Of a stretch of 64,000 nucleotides of DNA, positions 12,172 through 22,246 are shown one piece after another. Both the position numbers and the translations under genes were made by a program. Source of the stretch: Dehalococcoidia bacterium (GTDB lineage Bacteria; Chloroflexota; Dehalococcoidia; Bin125); the NCBI GenBank assembly GCA_963663185.1, contig OY760135.1, forward strand, positions 530,044 to 594,043. Reading direction: 5' to 3'. Within the stretch, counting starts at the first letter, position 1. Every line of letters begins with the position of its first letter. A model generated the notes under the pieces. The model was given only the letters and a program-made list of their open reading frames with translations, made no database searches and was not told where the DNA came from.

Positions 12172-12296
12172 GCCGCTATCGTCGCACGACGCCTCGCCAG
12201 CGTCCTAGCCACTGCGTCACAGAGCCGCGCTTGACGCTGGCGTGTGAATCGCACGCTCAAGCCGCACAGGACGTGGACGCGGGATACCGTGACGCG

Positions 12297-13061
12297 ATGA
12301 AGGCGTTCCTGCGCGAGTTGCTCGCCGTCGCTGCGGCGGCCCTGATCTACTACCTCGTGCGAGGCGCCGTCTCCGATCGCGCCGACGAGGCGTTCCAGCG
12401 CGCCCGTGATCTGCTGGCGCTCGAGCGTCGGCTGCGGCTCGATTGGGAAGCGGTGATCCACGAAGCGATCCTCAGTTCGGACTGGCTGATCGACCTGGCC
12501 AATGGCGCCTACTTCTGGGGGCACATGCCGCTGTTGATCGTGATCGCGCTCTGGCTCTGGCGCTCGCAGCGCGACGTCTGGCGGGTGTTTCGCAGCGCGC
12601 TGCTGATCTCCGCCGCGATCGGCATGACATCCTATTTCCTCTTCCCGACCGCGCCGCCGCGTCTGATGCCCGAGCTGGGCTACCTCGATACGATCGCGAT
12701 CCGCGCCGCGCCCGCCTATCAGGCGCAGGAGGTCGGACTGTTCGTCAATCCGTATGCTGCCCTGCCGTCGCTGCACGTGGGTTGGGCGCTGCTGGCCGGT
12801 ATGGCGGTGTGGCGATCATGCTCAAGAAGAGGCGGTTACTTCACGTTCGCCGGGCGGGCGTTCGCCATCGCCATTCCGCTCTCGCAGTGTTGGGCGGTGG
12901 TCGCCACCGCGAATCACTGGACGCTGGATGCCGCCGCCGGCATCGTCGTATGCGCGTTCGCCTGGCTGCTGGCCGATCTGGCTACGAGCTGGTTGGATAC
13001 GCTGGCACGTATGCGCAGGGCTGCTCGCACGAGCAGTCGCACGAGCAGTCAAAGGAGCTGA
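12297..13061 (+). CDS. PAP2-like (IPC synthase/Aur1-like) membrane protein
   Basis: FPTAPPRL, NPYAALPSLHVGW, ATANHWTLD motifs; TM helices. Confidence 0.85.
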   Translation: MKAFLRELLAVAAAALIYYLVRGAVSDRADEAFQRARDLLALERRLRLDWEAVIHEAILSSDWLIDLANGAYFWGHMPLLIVIALWLWRSQRDVWRVFRSALLISAAIGMTSYFLFPTAPPRLMPELGYLDTIAIRAAPAYQAQEVGLFVNPYAALPSLHVGWALLAGMAVWRSCSRRGGYFTFAGRAFAIAIPLSQCWAVVATANHWTLDAAAGIVVCAFAWLLADLATSWLDTLARMRRAARTSSRTSSQRS

Positions 13062-13063
13062 AC

Positions 13064-13387
13064 ATGCTGATCGTGACCACGCCGACCGTCCCCAACCGCG
13101 AGATCGACGAAGTCGTCGGCCTGGTGAGCGCCAATACGGTGCGAGCTCGCAATCTGGGGCGAGACATCCTGGCGGGACTCAAGGGCTTGTTGGGCGGGGA
13201 GATCGGCGCTTATCGCCAGCTCATGACCGAAGCGCGGGAACAGGTGCTCGCTGATCTCGCGGCAGAGGCGGAGCGACGCGGCGCCGACGCCGTCGTCGCC
13301 ACGCGCATGAGCACAGCCGATGTCGGGCAGAACATGGCTGAAGTCTTCATGTACGGCACCGCCGTCCGACTCCGGCCGCGCGAATGA
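13064..13387 (+). CDS. YbjQ/UPF0145 family protein
   Basis: RDILAGLKGLLGGEIGAY..LMTEAREQ...GADAVV...YGTAV; GGAG RBS. Confidence 0.92.
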   Translation: MLIVTTPTVPNREIDEVVGLVSANTVRARNLGRDILAGLKGLLGGEIGAYRQLMTEAREQVLADLAAEAERRGADAVVATRMSTADVGQNMAEVFMYGTAVRLRPRE

Positions 13388-13437
13388 GTTTGCGGCCTGA
13401 GCGTGACGCTGGATGACTCGCTCAGCGCCAGTCCGGT

Positions 13438-13680
13438 TTAGCGCCAGTCCGGTTTGCGAATCTCGCTCTTGCGTCGGACGCTCCACAGGCGTTCGATATC
13501 GTCGTTCATCTTTTCGTGCAAGGCATCCATCTCTTCGCGACCGGGACGCATCTCGCTCGATTTCCAGCGGCGGATGGCCGCCTTGTCCGACTTGTGCAGA
13601 TCCACTTCGTTCAGCATGTGATTGACGACCTGGCTGAAAATCGCCCAGGCTTCTTCGACGTCAAGTTCGACTCTGACCAT
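13438..13680 (-). CDS. Small hypothetical protein (paralogue of 13771-14019)
   Basis: GGAGG RBS; LDVEEAW...EVDL...AIRRW pattern shared with neighbour. Confidence 0.75.
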   Translation of the reverse strand: MVRVELDVEEAWAIFSQVVNHMLNEVDLHKSDKAAIRRWKSSEMRPGREEMDALHEKMNDDIERLWSVRRKSEIRKPDWR

Positions 13681-13770
13681 GATGGTGTCCCTCCGGTACC
13701 GTTTCGGCAACCGCGTGAGTGTGTGTCAGGGTGCGCAGCGCGACCTGTCAGCACGACCCGTCAGCGCGGG

Positions 13771-14019
13771 TCAGCGGACGGTGCGGTAGTAATCGCGGCG
13801 CTTGATGGTGCGTTTCAGTTCCTCGTCGACGGTGTTGCCGAGCGCCTCATTGACGCCCTGTCCGATCGCTTCCATCGCCGCATTGCCCTCGACGATCCCG
13901 GCCCGCCAGTCGCGGATCGCCTTGACCGCCTCGTCGGACAGCTCGACCTGATCGAGCACCTGTGCCGTGATCAGGGTCATCAGTGACCAGGTTTCTTCTT
14001 CATCCAAGAGCAATCGCAT
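13771..14019 (-). CDS. Small hypothetical protein (paralogue of 13438-13680)
   Basis: AAGGAGG RBS; LDEEETW...QVEL...AIRDW. Confidence 0.75.
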   Translation of the reverse strand: MRLLLDEEETWSLMTLITAQVLDQVELSDEAVKAIRDWRAGIVEGNAAMEAIGQGVNEALGNTVDEELKRTIKRRDYYRTVR

Positions 14020-14030
14020 GGTGAGGCCTC

Positions 14031-14094
14031 CTTGTTGGCGTCTTGTTGGCGTCTTGTGGCGTCCTGCTGACGCCTTGTTGACATCTTGTGGCGT
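14031..14094. repeat. Six degenerate 10-11 bp direct repeats (consensus CTTGTTGGCGT)
   Basis: cttgttggcgt cttgttggcgt cttgtggcgt cctgctgacgc cttgttgacat cttgtggcgt, abutting the RBS of the 14019 gene. Confidence 0.85.
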
Positions 14095-14106
14095 GCAATA
14101 GCGGGA

Positions 14107-14841
14107 TCATGCCCCACTGAATTGCGGTGGTCGTTTCTCGATGAAGGCGCTCACGCCTTCGGCCCGATCGGCGCTGTCTTGCAACAGAATGGTGAGTTCC
14201 GTTTCGTAATGCAACGCCTGAGCGAGCGGCATCTCCAGCCCGTGCGCGATCGCATCCTTGGCGTACCGCGTGGCGATGGGGCCGCGCGACGCGATCGATT
14301 CGGCGATCTGCCGGGCAGCGGCGGCCGCGTCCTCCGACACCGCGTTGAGCAATCCCCAATCGAGCGCCGTCGCGGCATCGATCGCATCTTCCAACATGAT
14401 CAGCTGCGTCGCCCTTGAGCGTCCCAGCGCACGAATCAGCCGTTGCAGGCCGCCGGCGCGAGGGAACTCGCTGCTCAGCGGACGAAAGCTGATCCTGACA
14501 TCGGAAGTCGCCACCCGCAGATCAGCGCAGAGCGCCAGCTCGAGTCCGCCTCCGCTGACGCATCCGTTCAGCACGGCGATGGTCGGCTGCGCCAGCTCAG
14601 CCAGCGGAGCGAACAGGTCGCCAATCTGGACCGTCTCGGACGCCTGATCCGCGGCGAAGCCTGACCACACGCTTGCGCTCGGTTGCAGCAGCGCGACTCG
14701 AACGTCGTCGCCGATGGCGGCGCAGCAATCGCCGAGCTGTTGGACGAATGAGTCGTCAAGCGCTTGTCCGCCGCTGATCACGGCGATCGACTTCGCGCAG
14801 CTCAGCTGAAGATCAGTCGACGGCATGGGTTGCTCGGCCAT
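14107..14841 (-). CDS. Enoyl-CoA hydratase/isomerase family protein
   Basis: PTIAVLNG..SGGGLELALCADLR; EGVSAFIEKRPPQF. Confidence 0.88.
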   Translation of the reverse strand: MAEQPMPSTDLQLSCAKSIAVISGGQALDDSFVQQLGDCCAAIGDDVRVALLQPSASVWSGFAADQASETVQIGDLFAPLAELAQPTIAVLNGCVSGGGLELALCADLRVATSDVRISFRPLSSEFPRAGGLQRLIRALGRSRATQLIMLEDAIDAATALDWGLLNAVSEDAAAAARQIAESIASRGPIATRYAKDAIAHGLEMPLAQALHYETELTILLQDSADRAEGVSAFIEKRPPQFSGA

Positions 14842-14859
14842 ATGTGTGCGGTTGAACTT

Positions 14860-17283
14860 TCAGTCTACCGAAGCCTCAGGTTGAAGCAGTAACCGCTGCG
14901 CGCGACGCGTGCGAGTGGCCGCAGCTGACGCTTCCACCGCAGAACGGTCGCGCAACAGCGGCAGCGTCCGGCCGTGCAGCCAGGCGTCGGTCAAGGGACC
15001 GTTGGCATGCAACGGATCATGTATCTGCTCGCCCGACAGCGCAAACCACGCCTGTGGGTCGTCCGACAGCTGCACAATCAACCGCAGCGATGGAATCGCC
15101 GTGGCGCGAGCGAAGTGCCGCAGTCCCAACACGCCGGACTGGGAGACCGTGTCCACCTCGCCGCCGTAAGCGAACGGACCGGGCGAGAGCAGCGGTCCGA
15201 TCAGCGGCGCATCGGCGAGGCTGTGGCTGAGGCTCAGTTGGCGACAGCGACCCCACGTCCACGCGCTTCGTTCGGAGCCGAACTGGCGTCGCAGAACGCG
15301 CTCTGCCCGCTCGCGAGCAGCGCGGAGTCGCGGTTGCGCGGATTTCGGATCCGCGTCGATCCGCGTGATCGCCCAGCGGGTCGCTCGCGCGGCGAAGATG
15401 TCGAGCGTCGGTATCGCCAGCATCGGTTCGAGCGCCTGGAAACCGTCGTCCCCGAGCAGACGCGACAGCTCAGCCCGCCGATACTCGATCAACGTCGCCG
15501 CCACGATCGCAGCTTCGACCGACGCAGGCGCCATGTCGCCGTCCCACTCGGCGAATTCGTCGTCAGGCAAACGCCGCGCGAAATCTCGCAGCGGCAACGA
15601 CACGCGGTCCGTCTGGATCGCTGCGAACGTATCCGGGGTATGCGCTGCGCGTTGGCCGAGCAGCTCGCGGATTCGCTGCGCGCGCGCCGGATCGAGGAAC
15701 TCGGCGCCGACCTCGCTGTCGGCGGCCGGAGTCAAGGCGGCGTTCGCGCTCACCACCACGCCTTGCGGCGGGTTGACGATGTGCGGCAGATCGTTGCCGG
15801 AGCGCGTCATCGTCGGGACGCCGCCGTGCTCTGGCGCTTGCCAGCCCGCGACTGGCAGGCGCAGCTCGGCCGCGTCGCCCTGAGGCACGCGACCGCTCAC
15901 GCGCATGCCGACCTGTTGGCGGTCGGCGTAGGCGAAGCAGAGGTTGAAGTCCGCCATCTCGGACGCCGCCTCGCTGAAGTCGTCCCAGTTGCGAGCGGAC
16001 AGCAGGTCCGCGATGCCGCCGCCGGCGTGGCTCGGCGAGAGGATGCTGGAATGCAGCGAAATCGCACGCGCATCACCGCCCAGGCGCTCCATCTCGGACG
16101 GTGCGATGTCGCTCACGATTGGTCCATGGACCGTCTCCTGGACCGTCAGCGGCTCAGCCTCGTAGCCGCGCACACGGATCGTTTCCTGGCGCGCGCTGAG
16201 GTCAACCCAACCGTCTGGCGTGAGCGATTGCACACCGTCGTCAGAGAGCTGCTCAACGACGGCCAGGTTCATCGACATCATCGCAGCGGTCGGTCCCCAG
16301 GCGATGTGATCGTTGAAGCCCCAGACCAGTCCCGGCAAACCGGGCACGCTCGCGCCGGCGGCGTTGAACTCAGGGCAATGCAGATGCGCGAAGTAGGCAT
16401 GCGGCGGTGTGACCGGGTTGAGATGCGGGTCGCAGGCGAAGAGCGGGGCGCCCGTCTCCGTGTGCCGACCGTCAACCGCCCAGTTATTCGAGGCGCCGCG
16501 CTGCAAGCCGAGCAGGTCCGACATGCGTTGCGCCGCCCGATGAATGGTGTCGGCCTTCTCGACGACCACGTCCCCATAGGGCGCTCCGGGCGGCATCGCG
16601 ATGGCGGTTGACGGATCCTCCCGGTAGTCGATCGCCGCGAGCGTCTCCAAGCCGTGTGACTGCGCAATTCTGGCGCGGATCAGTTGTTGTTCCCAGGCTG
16701 GTGATAGCAGAATCGAGAGCAACTTGCCCCAGGCGATGCTGTCGCTCGCTTGCCACGGGAAGATCCACTCTTCCAGCATCTGCGCCTCGAAGGGGCGCGG
16801 CGCCCGGGCGATGGACGCGTTGATCCCGGCGATGAAGGGATCGAGTTGCCGCTGCTGCGCCTTGGGCGTCTGCGACCAGGCGTCCTCCGCCACTCGGGCG
16901 ATCCCGAGCGTGCGAGCGAAGCGGTCAGCCGGCAGCGCCAGCGGACCCACGATCTCAGCCAGCCGGCCCTGCGCCGCGCGGCGATTCCAGTGCATCTGCC
17001 AGAGTCGGTCCTGCGCCTGTACGTAGCCGAGCGCAAACATGGCGTCAGCGGCCGACTCCGCGTAGCAGTGCGGGATGTCGTGCCCGTCGCGGATGATCTC
17101 GACCGTCGCGTCCAGTCCGCGCAGCGTCACCTGGCCGCGTCGGCGGTGCGTTTGCGGACGTTGCAGCGCATTGGCGAGCGTGGTACCCCCCAAGGCGCGC
17201 AACAACGAACCGGCCTGTCGCATCGACAGCGCGATGCGACGCCAATCGACCGTCGCCGCTGGATTCCTGTTCGTCTCATTCAT
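14860..17283 (-). CDS. Penicillin acylase family (S45) Ntn hydrolase
   Basis: GYVQAQDRLWQM, SNNWAV nucleophile, DPHL, GFNDHIAWG, TVHGPI. Confidence 0.92.
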   Translation of the reverse strand: MNETNRNPAATVDWRRIALSMRQAGSLLRALGGTTLANALQRPQTHRRRGQVTLRGLDATVEIIRDGHDIPHCYAESAADAMFALGYVQAQDRLWQMHWNRRAAQGRLAEIVGPLALPADRFARTLGIARVAEDAWSQTPKAQQRQLDPFIAGINASIARAPRPFEAQMLEEWIFPWQASDSIAWGKLLSILLSPAWEQQLIRARIAQSHGLETLAAIDYREDPSTAIAMPPGAPYGDVVVEKADTIHRAAQRMSDLLGLQRGASNNWAVDGRHTETGAPLFACDPHLNPVTPPHAYFAHLHCPEFNAAGASVPGLPGLVWGFNDHIAWGPTAAMMSMNLAVVEQLSDDGVQSLTPDGWVDLSARQETIRVRGYEAEPLTVQETVHGPIVSDIAPSEMERLGGDARAISLHSSILSPSHAGGGIADLLSARNWDDFSEAASEMADFNLCFAYADRQQVGMRVSGRVPQGDAAELRLPVAGWQAPEHGGVPTMTRSGNDLPHIVNPPQGVVVSANAALTPAADSEVGAEFLDPARAQRIRELLGQRAAHTPDTFAAIQTDRVSLPLRDFARRLPDDEFAEWDGDMAPASVEAAIVAATLIEYRRAELSRLLGDDGFQALEPMLAIPTLDIFAARATRWAITRIDADPKSAQPRLRAARERAERVLRRQFGSERSAWTWGRCRQLSLSHSLADAPLIGPLLSPGPFAYGGEVDTVSQSGVLGLRHFARATAIPSLRLIVQLSDDPQAWFALSGEQIHDPLHANGPLTDAWLHGRTLPLLRDRSAVEASAAATRTRRAQRLLLQPEASVD

Positions 17284-17416
17284 GCATTGAGCCTACGCGC
17301 TCACTGCGGGCATAGACTGTTCGCGGTCATCGCAACGACGCTGGCCAACTCGGGTGGGCATGCGGCTTGCATCACCATCGCATCAGCATCGGCATGATTT
17401 GCGTCAGGAGGCGGGC

Positions 17417-18196
17417 ATGGAACTCGGACTACAGGGCAAGCGAGCCCTGATCACCGGAGCGTCGGAGGGCATCGGCCTGTACTGCGCGCTGTCGCTCGCG
17501 GCTGAGGGCGCAGACGTCTCGATCTGCTCGCGCCGTGCCGATGCGTTGGCCAGGGCCGCCAGTGAGATCGATGCGGCTGGCGACGGTCAGGCGCATTGGA
17601 CCGCAGTCGACCTCGGCGATCCCGACGCCGCCGATCACGCCGTCTCGAGCGCCGCGCAGGCGCTCGGCGGACTCGACATCCTGATCAACAACATGGGCGT
17701 CTCGCTGCGCGGCAACGACGACGATGTCTGGCGGCAAATGTTTGACCTCAACCTCATGGCGGCCGTCCGCGCCACGCGTGCCGCGCTGCCGCATCTGACC
17801 GCTGCCGCCTCTGGCGCGGATGCGGATAGCGCGTCCATCATCCACATCGGGTCGATCTTTGGCCGCGAAGCGGGTGGATCGGCCCAATACAACGCGATGA
17901 AGGCGGCCATCCACAGCCACGCCAAGTCGCTGGCGCTCGAGTTGGCGCCGCGCAACATCCGCGCCAACGCCGTCGCGCCAGGTTCGATCGCCTGGCCCAA
18001 CTCACGCTGGCAGACGCGCTACGAGTCGGATTCGGAAGGAATTCAGCGCAGCGTGCTGGACACGATCGCATTCAATCGCTTCGGGCGCCCTGAGGAGGTC
18101 GCCGACGTCGTCGCATTCCTCTCCTCACCACGGGCGAGCTGGGTCACCGGCGCCTGCCTCAATGTGGACGGCGGCCAAACCCGCTCCAACATCTAA
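17417..18196 (+). CDS. SDR family oxidoreductase
   Basis: TGASEGIG, YNAMK, NAVAPG, VDGG; AGGAGG RBS. Confidence 0.93.
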   Translation: MELGLQGKRALITGASEGIGLYCALSLAAEGADVSICSRRADALARAASEIDAAGDGQAHWTAVDLGDPDAADHAVSSAAQALGGLDILINNMGVSLRGNDDDVWRQMFDLNLMAAVRATRAALPHLTAAASGADADSASIIHIGSIFGREAGGSAQYNAMKAAIHSHAKSLALELAPRNIRANAVAPGSIAWPNSRWQTRYESDSEGIQRSVLDTIAFNRFGRPEEVADVVAFLSSPRASWVTGACLNVDGGQTRSNI

Positions 18197-18226
18197 CGAC
18201 GCCTAGACTGACCGGAGGAGTGGGTC

Positions 18227-18700
18227 ATGGACGAACATCGCTACGAACACAGTCGCACGCGGCTCGGGTCCTTGCCGTCGCGGAGCTGGGAGCTGATGGG
18301 CCCGCGCATGCTGCGACCGCTGGTCGGCGGAGCCGTGGGCGCCGCCATCGTGGTCTTCTTCCTCGCGCTGCGCGGCGGTGCGGCAGTCGAATTGAACGAA
18401 CTCACCGGCACAGCCTGGGGCGGCTGGAGTCGGCACGCCGACGTACATCTCCTGATCGTCGTGAACGCCGCTGTCGGCGTCGCGATCGCAGTCAACTTTG
18501 CGGCCGAGTGGGTGCATCACTGGCTCGAGATCGGTCTGGCGATCGTGGTCGCGGCGATCATGATCGCGCTGCACCAGCTCGCCGACATCGGTGAGGCCGG
18601 CGGGATAGCGCTGTTGGCGCTGACAGCCCTGACGCTGGCTTCAGCGGTCGCCGTCACCGCATGGGACATCCACCGGATCGGTCACCGCAGCGGCTACTAG
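18227..18700 (+). CDS. Hypothetical membrane protein
   Basis: About 4 hydrophobic segments; GGAGGAG RBS. Confidence 0.6.
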   Translation: MDEHRYEHSRTRLGSLPSRSWELMGPRMLRPLVGGAVGAAIVVFFLALRGGAAVELNELTGTAWGGWSRHADVHLLIVVNAAVGVAIAVNFAAEWVHHWLEIGLAIVVAAIMIALHQLADIGEAGGIALLALTALTLASAVAVTAWDIHRIGHRSGY

Positions 18701-18809
18701 GCCCCCGCCAGACAAGCCTGCTCCCGCTGGCGCAATCGCCGTCGACCTCACGGCTCGCTCGGCGCCTGCCGCCGATCAGCCGCGTCCAGCGCCTCTGTGG
18801 TCAGTAACT

Positions 18810-19196
18810 CTAGTCTTCCGTCACTTCTGTCAATGAGTCGCGCCGCGTGATCGCGAGATGGGACATCGGTGAGCCGGTGTCGGCCGCGCCGTGATAGTGT
18901 TCTTCGCCGGCAGGGATGATCGCAAAGTCACCGACCGAGATCGTGTGTTCCTCATCATCCGTGCCGACCTTGCCAATGCCAGCCACGACGTACAGCATCT
19001 GCTCCGATGAGTGCGTATGCATCTTCGTGCGAGCGCCTGCGCCGAACTGGACCACGGCCAGGTTGAAGTCGGCGTCGTCGGCCGCATTCTGCCCGCCGAT
19101 CGAGCCGGCGAGGGCGCGTACCCAGACGTCTCCGCCTGTGAAGATGGGCGCGTTCGCCTGGTTGGTCGAGCCGTCCGATGAATGTGTGACGCGCAT
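18810..19196 (-). CDS. Cupin domain protein
   Basis: HTHSSEQMLYV..G.G and IPAGEEHYHGA. Confidence 0.9.
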   Translation of the reverse strand: MRVTHSSDGSTNQANAPIFTGGDVWVRALAGSIGGQNAADDADFNLAVVQFGAGARTKMHTHSSEQMLYVVAGIGKVGTDDEEHTISVGDFAIIPAGEEHYHGAADTGSPMSHLAITRRDSLTEVTED

Positions 19197-19258
19197 GTTG
19201 GTCTCCTGTGTTCGTTCGTCTCGGCCGCATCGTGCGACCCCGTGGTTTAGTTGGTGGT

Positions 19259-20017
19259 TTAGCTGTTTGCTGAGATGAACGCCTGGATGCGTTGCCAGGC
19301 GTCGTTGCAGGCATCGACGTGCTCGTCGTAGCTGCGATCGAAGAAGCTGTGCGGCGCGCCGTCATAGGTGACGATGTCGTGCGCGATGCCCCGATCAGAC
19401 AGGCCGGCATCCCACTTCGCGACCTCTGCGGCGGGAATGCCCTCGTCCGCGCCGCCCATCAAGCCAAGAATTGGACAGGACACTTCAGCGACTCGTCCAA
19501 GCGGCGATGCTCCACCATTCAGGCCTTCCCGCGTCGGGTGGCCGTAGAAGCCGATCGCGCCGGCGAGCGCATGCCCTTCGGTCGACTGCAGCCAGCTGTT
19601 GCTGCCACCGAAGCAGAAGCCGACGCTGAATACCTGGCGCTCCGCATCGTTGGCGCGTAACACCGCGACCGCAGCGGCCGTATCGGCGGCGATCCCCTCA
19701 GGCGTGGTGGCTCGCACATGCGGCCAGAAATCGAACTCGGCGTCGCGCTTGGCGTTGCCGGCCGTGCGACCGAAGTAGTCGATCGCGACCGCGTCCACGC
19801 CGATCTCGGCGAATCGGATCGCCAACTCTTCGTAGAAGCGGAAGAGGCCGCGCACATCGGGCAGAATCACGATGCCCGGTCCGCCGGGAGCCTCGGCTCG
19901 GGCGTGAAAGGCGGCGAACTCGGTGCCGTCGGATGCGGTCAGGGTCAGGTCTTCGACATCCACAGCGGCGCCGGCGATGGGGATGATCGCTGGCAGCGCC
20001 TCAAATCGATGGCACAT
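19259..20017 (-). CDS. Dienelactone hydrolase family protein
   Basis: GFCFGG nucleophile, GGAD, YDGAPHSF. Confidence 0.92.
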   Translation of the reverse strand: MCHRFEALPAIIPIAGAAVDVEDLTLTASDGTEFAAFHARAEAPGGPGIVILPDVRGLFRFYEELAIRFAEIGVDAVAIDYFGRTAGNAKRDAEFDFWPHVRATTPEGIAADTAAAVAVLRANDAERQVFSVGFCFGGSNSWLQSTEGHALAGAIGFYGHPTREGLNGGASPLGRVAEVSCPILGLMGGADEGIPAAEVAKWDAGLSDRGIAHDIVTYDGAPHSFFDRSYDEHVDACNDAWQRIQAFISANS

Positions 20018-20169
20018 GGCGTGGTTCCTCTCAGGACGCGCGCGGCGTCGTTGTTGGCATCTCTGCGATTGAGGATACCGCCCAGCTTGACTTTCCCAAC
20101 CGAACGGGCTAGTTTCTTATACAGAACAGTAAATGATTGCTATCGCATATGAGGCGAAAGGGCCTCCCT

Positions 20170-20892
20170 ATGGCTACTCAGCCCGACCACCATCGACACA
20201 CCCGTTCCCAGCAGGCGGATGCTCGGCATCAGGCCTGGATTCTGCTTGACCGCTCCGGCTCCATGTCTCCCATTCGCCAAGCGGTCGTGGACGGCACCAA
20301 CGAATTCCTGCGCGAACAGTCCGCCGAGCCAGGCCCCTGTCGGGTCACGTTGGCCCAGTTCGACTCCGGGTACCCCTTCGAGCTCATGGTCGAGGGGATC
20401 CATATGGAGAAGATGCGGCCGCTCGGATCGGCCGATTACTCACCGCGCGGCGCCACGCCGCTCTACGACGCCATCGGCTCGATCATCGAGCTGGCGGACC
20501 GCCGCATCGAATGGTGTCAGCGTCACAGCCGCCCAGACGAACAGCACACCGTCATGATCTTCACCGACGGCCTCGAAAACGCCAGTCGGCAGTACGACCG
20601 CCAGCAGATCTTCAATTTGATCACGGACCGCCAACAGGCGGGCTGGGTGTTTGTCTTTCTCGGCGCGAACCAGGACTCCTATGCCACAGGTCAAGCGCTT
20701 GGCATTGATCAGCGCGGCATCCAAAACTTCGATCCGACTGAGGACGGCGTGCGCGCGGCCACTCGCTCCGTCAGCCGAGCCCTCTCTCAGCGACGCCGTT
20801 TGCGTCGCGACGCTCCTGACGAAGAACGCGCCGACTTCTTCCGCGGCGTCCGCGAAGCCGAGCGGGAGATGCGGCCCAAGCGTCGTCGCTGA
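20170..20892 (+). CDS. Stand-alone vWA domain protein
   Basis: MIDAS DRSGSM, GATPLYDAIG, IFTDGLENAS, FLGANQD; start uncertain. Confidence 0.85.
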   Translation: MATQPDHHRHTRSQQADARHQAWILLDRSGSMSPIRQAVVDGTNEFLREQSAEPGPCRVTLAQFDSGYPFELMVEGIHMEKMRPLGSADYSPRGATPLYDAIGSIIELADRRIEWCQRHSRPDEQHTVMIFTDGLENASRQYDRQQIFNLITDRQQAGWVFVFLGANQDSYATGQALGIDQRGIQNFDPTEDGVRAATRSVSRALSQRRRLRRDAPDEERADFFRGVREAEREMRPKRRR

Positions 20893-20908
20893 CGTTGGCC
20901 CAGAGCCG

Positions 20909-20955
20909 GCTCAACCAGGCCAGCTCAACCAGGCCAGCTCAACCAGGCCAGCTCA
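20909..20955. repeat. Tandem 14-bp repeat x3 (GCTCAACCAGGCCA)
   Basis: Perfect copies between convergent genes. Confidence 0.95.
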
Positions 20956-22191
20956 GATGATGCCGGCAGCCTGTAGCGACTCCCGCTCTGAGGGGCTGAG
21001 ACCGAGCAGGTCGCCGTAGATCTGATCGTCATGCTCACCGCGATTCGGGATCGGCCCCGATACCGCGGCGGGCGTGCGCTCCAGCTTCCACGGCGCGCCA
21101 GTGAACAACGCGCCGCCTCGCACCGATGACGCATCCTCCGCTTCCAGGTCGATCTCCGCGTTCACCAGCGCGTGATAATCCTCATCAACCAGTAGCGAGG
21201 TCGGATCCATCAATGGAAAGGCGGGTACGCCCGACCCTTGCAGCTGGATGCTCAGCTCCATCGCGTCCTGCTGCGCGGTCCAGTCGCTGACGGCGGCGGC
21301 GAGCGCCTCCTGATCGCGCAGCCGACCGCGCATCGTCAACCAGCCAGTCCGCGCCAGGTGCGGCGCGAACTCGCACAACGCCGACCATTCCGCGTCCGAG
21401 CGTACCACAATCGCGAGCCATTGGTCCTCGCCCAGCGCGGGGTAGACCCCGTGCGGCGCCGCCGCCGATCCGCGATTGCCGCGCGGTCGCGCGTCACGAC
21501 CGTTGAGCAGCCAGTCCATCAGCGGCGCGGCCGCTCGCTGCAACGTGGCCTCGCCCTGCGAGAGGTCGATAAACTGCCCGCGCCCCGTCCGCTCGCGGTA
21601 CTCCAACGCCGCCAGCAGCGCAACGAAGGCGTGTCCCGCCGCTGTCGGATCCAGATCGGCGGTGTCCTCGCGCGGCTGCGGATCGTCGGGGTAGCCAAGC
21701 AACGATTTGAGCCCGTAGAGCGCCGCCAACGACGGTCCATAGGTAACCAGGTTGCGCCACGGCGCCTCGCTCGCGCCGGCTGCGGACAGCGCGATCATGA
21801 TCAGGCGTGGATTGACCTCACGCAGCTCCTCGTAGGACAACCCCAGCGACGGCATCACGCGCGGCGAGAAGTTCTCCAGGACCACATCCGAATGCGCGAT
21901 CAGGCGCAGATAGAGATCGCGCCCGCGCGGATCGCCGAGGTGGATGGCGATCGATTTCTTGCCTCGATCGAGCCCGTGGAAGGCGCGCGGGTCATCCCGC
22001 TCGGTGGTGCCGCGGTCGCCGCCGATCGATCCGACCGGCGCCTGCTGTCCGCCGATGGACACGCCTGAGCGTCGATGCGGCGCACCGACCTTGATCACCT
22101 CTGCGCCCAGATCGGCGAGGAACATCCCCAGCAACGGTCCCGCCCAGACGTGACCGTGATCGAGCACCCGTAGTCCAGTCAGCGGCGGCAT
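20953..22191 (-). CDS. CaiB/BaiF family III CoA-transferase
   Basis: PLTGLRVLD..HVWAGP...LADLGAEVIKV, RGKKSI, ENFSP, APHGVYP. Confidence 0.92.
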   Translation of the reverse strand: MPPLTGLRVLDHGHVWAGPLLGMFLADLGAEVIKVGAPHRRSGVSIGGQQAPVGSIGGDRGTTERDDPRAFHGLDRGKKSIAIHLGDPRGRDLYLRLIAHSDVVLENFSPRVMPSLGLSYEELREVNPRLIMIALSAAGASEAPWRNLVTYGPSLAALYGLKSLLGYPDDPQPREDTADLDPTAAGHAFVALLAALEYRERTGRGQFIDLSQGEATLQRAAAPLMDWLLNGRDARPRGNRGSAAAPHGVYPALGEDQWLAIVVRSDAEWSALCEFAPHLARTGWLTMRGRLRDQEALAAAVSDWTAQQDAMELSIQLQGSGVPAFPLMDPTSLLVDEDYHALVNAEIDLEAEDASSVRGGALFTGAPWKLERTPAAVSGPIPNRGEHDDQIYGDLLGLSPSERESLQAAGII

Positions 22192-22246
22192 GCACCTGAG
22201 TCTAATCACGCCGAGCGCCGAGTCTGCGCTTCGTTACGCTCGATAC

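Noticed and set aside
14031-14094. CRISPR array (also considered 20909-20955 and 47000-47060)
   Set aside because: Units are 8-14 bp, contiguous, without spacers; no cas genes.
14974-16611. Long antisense/alternative-frame ORFs (e.g. 545 aa here; also 6104-7312, 1681-2712)
   Set aside because: Shadow ORFs of high-GC coding strands overlapping well-supported genes.
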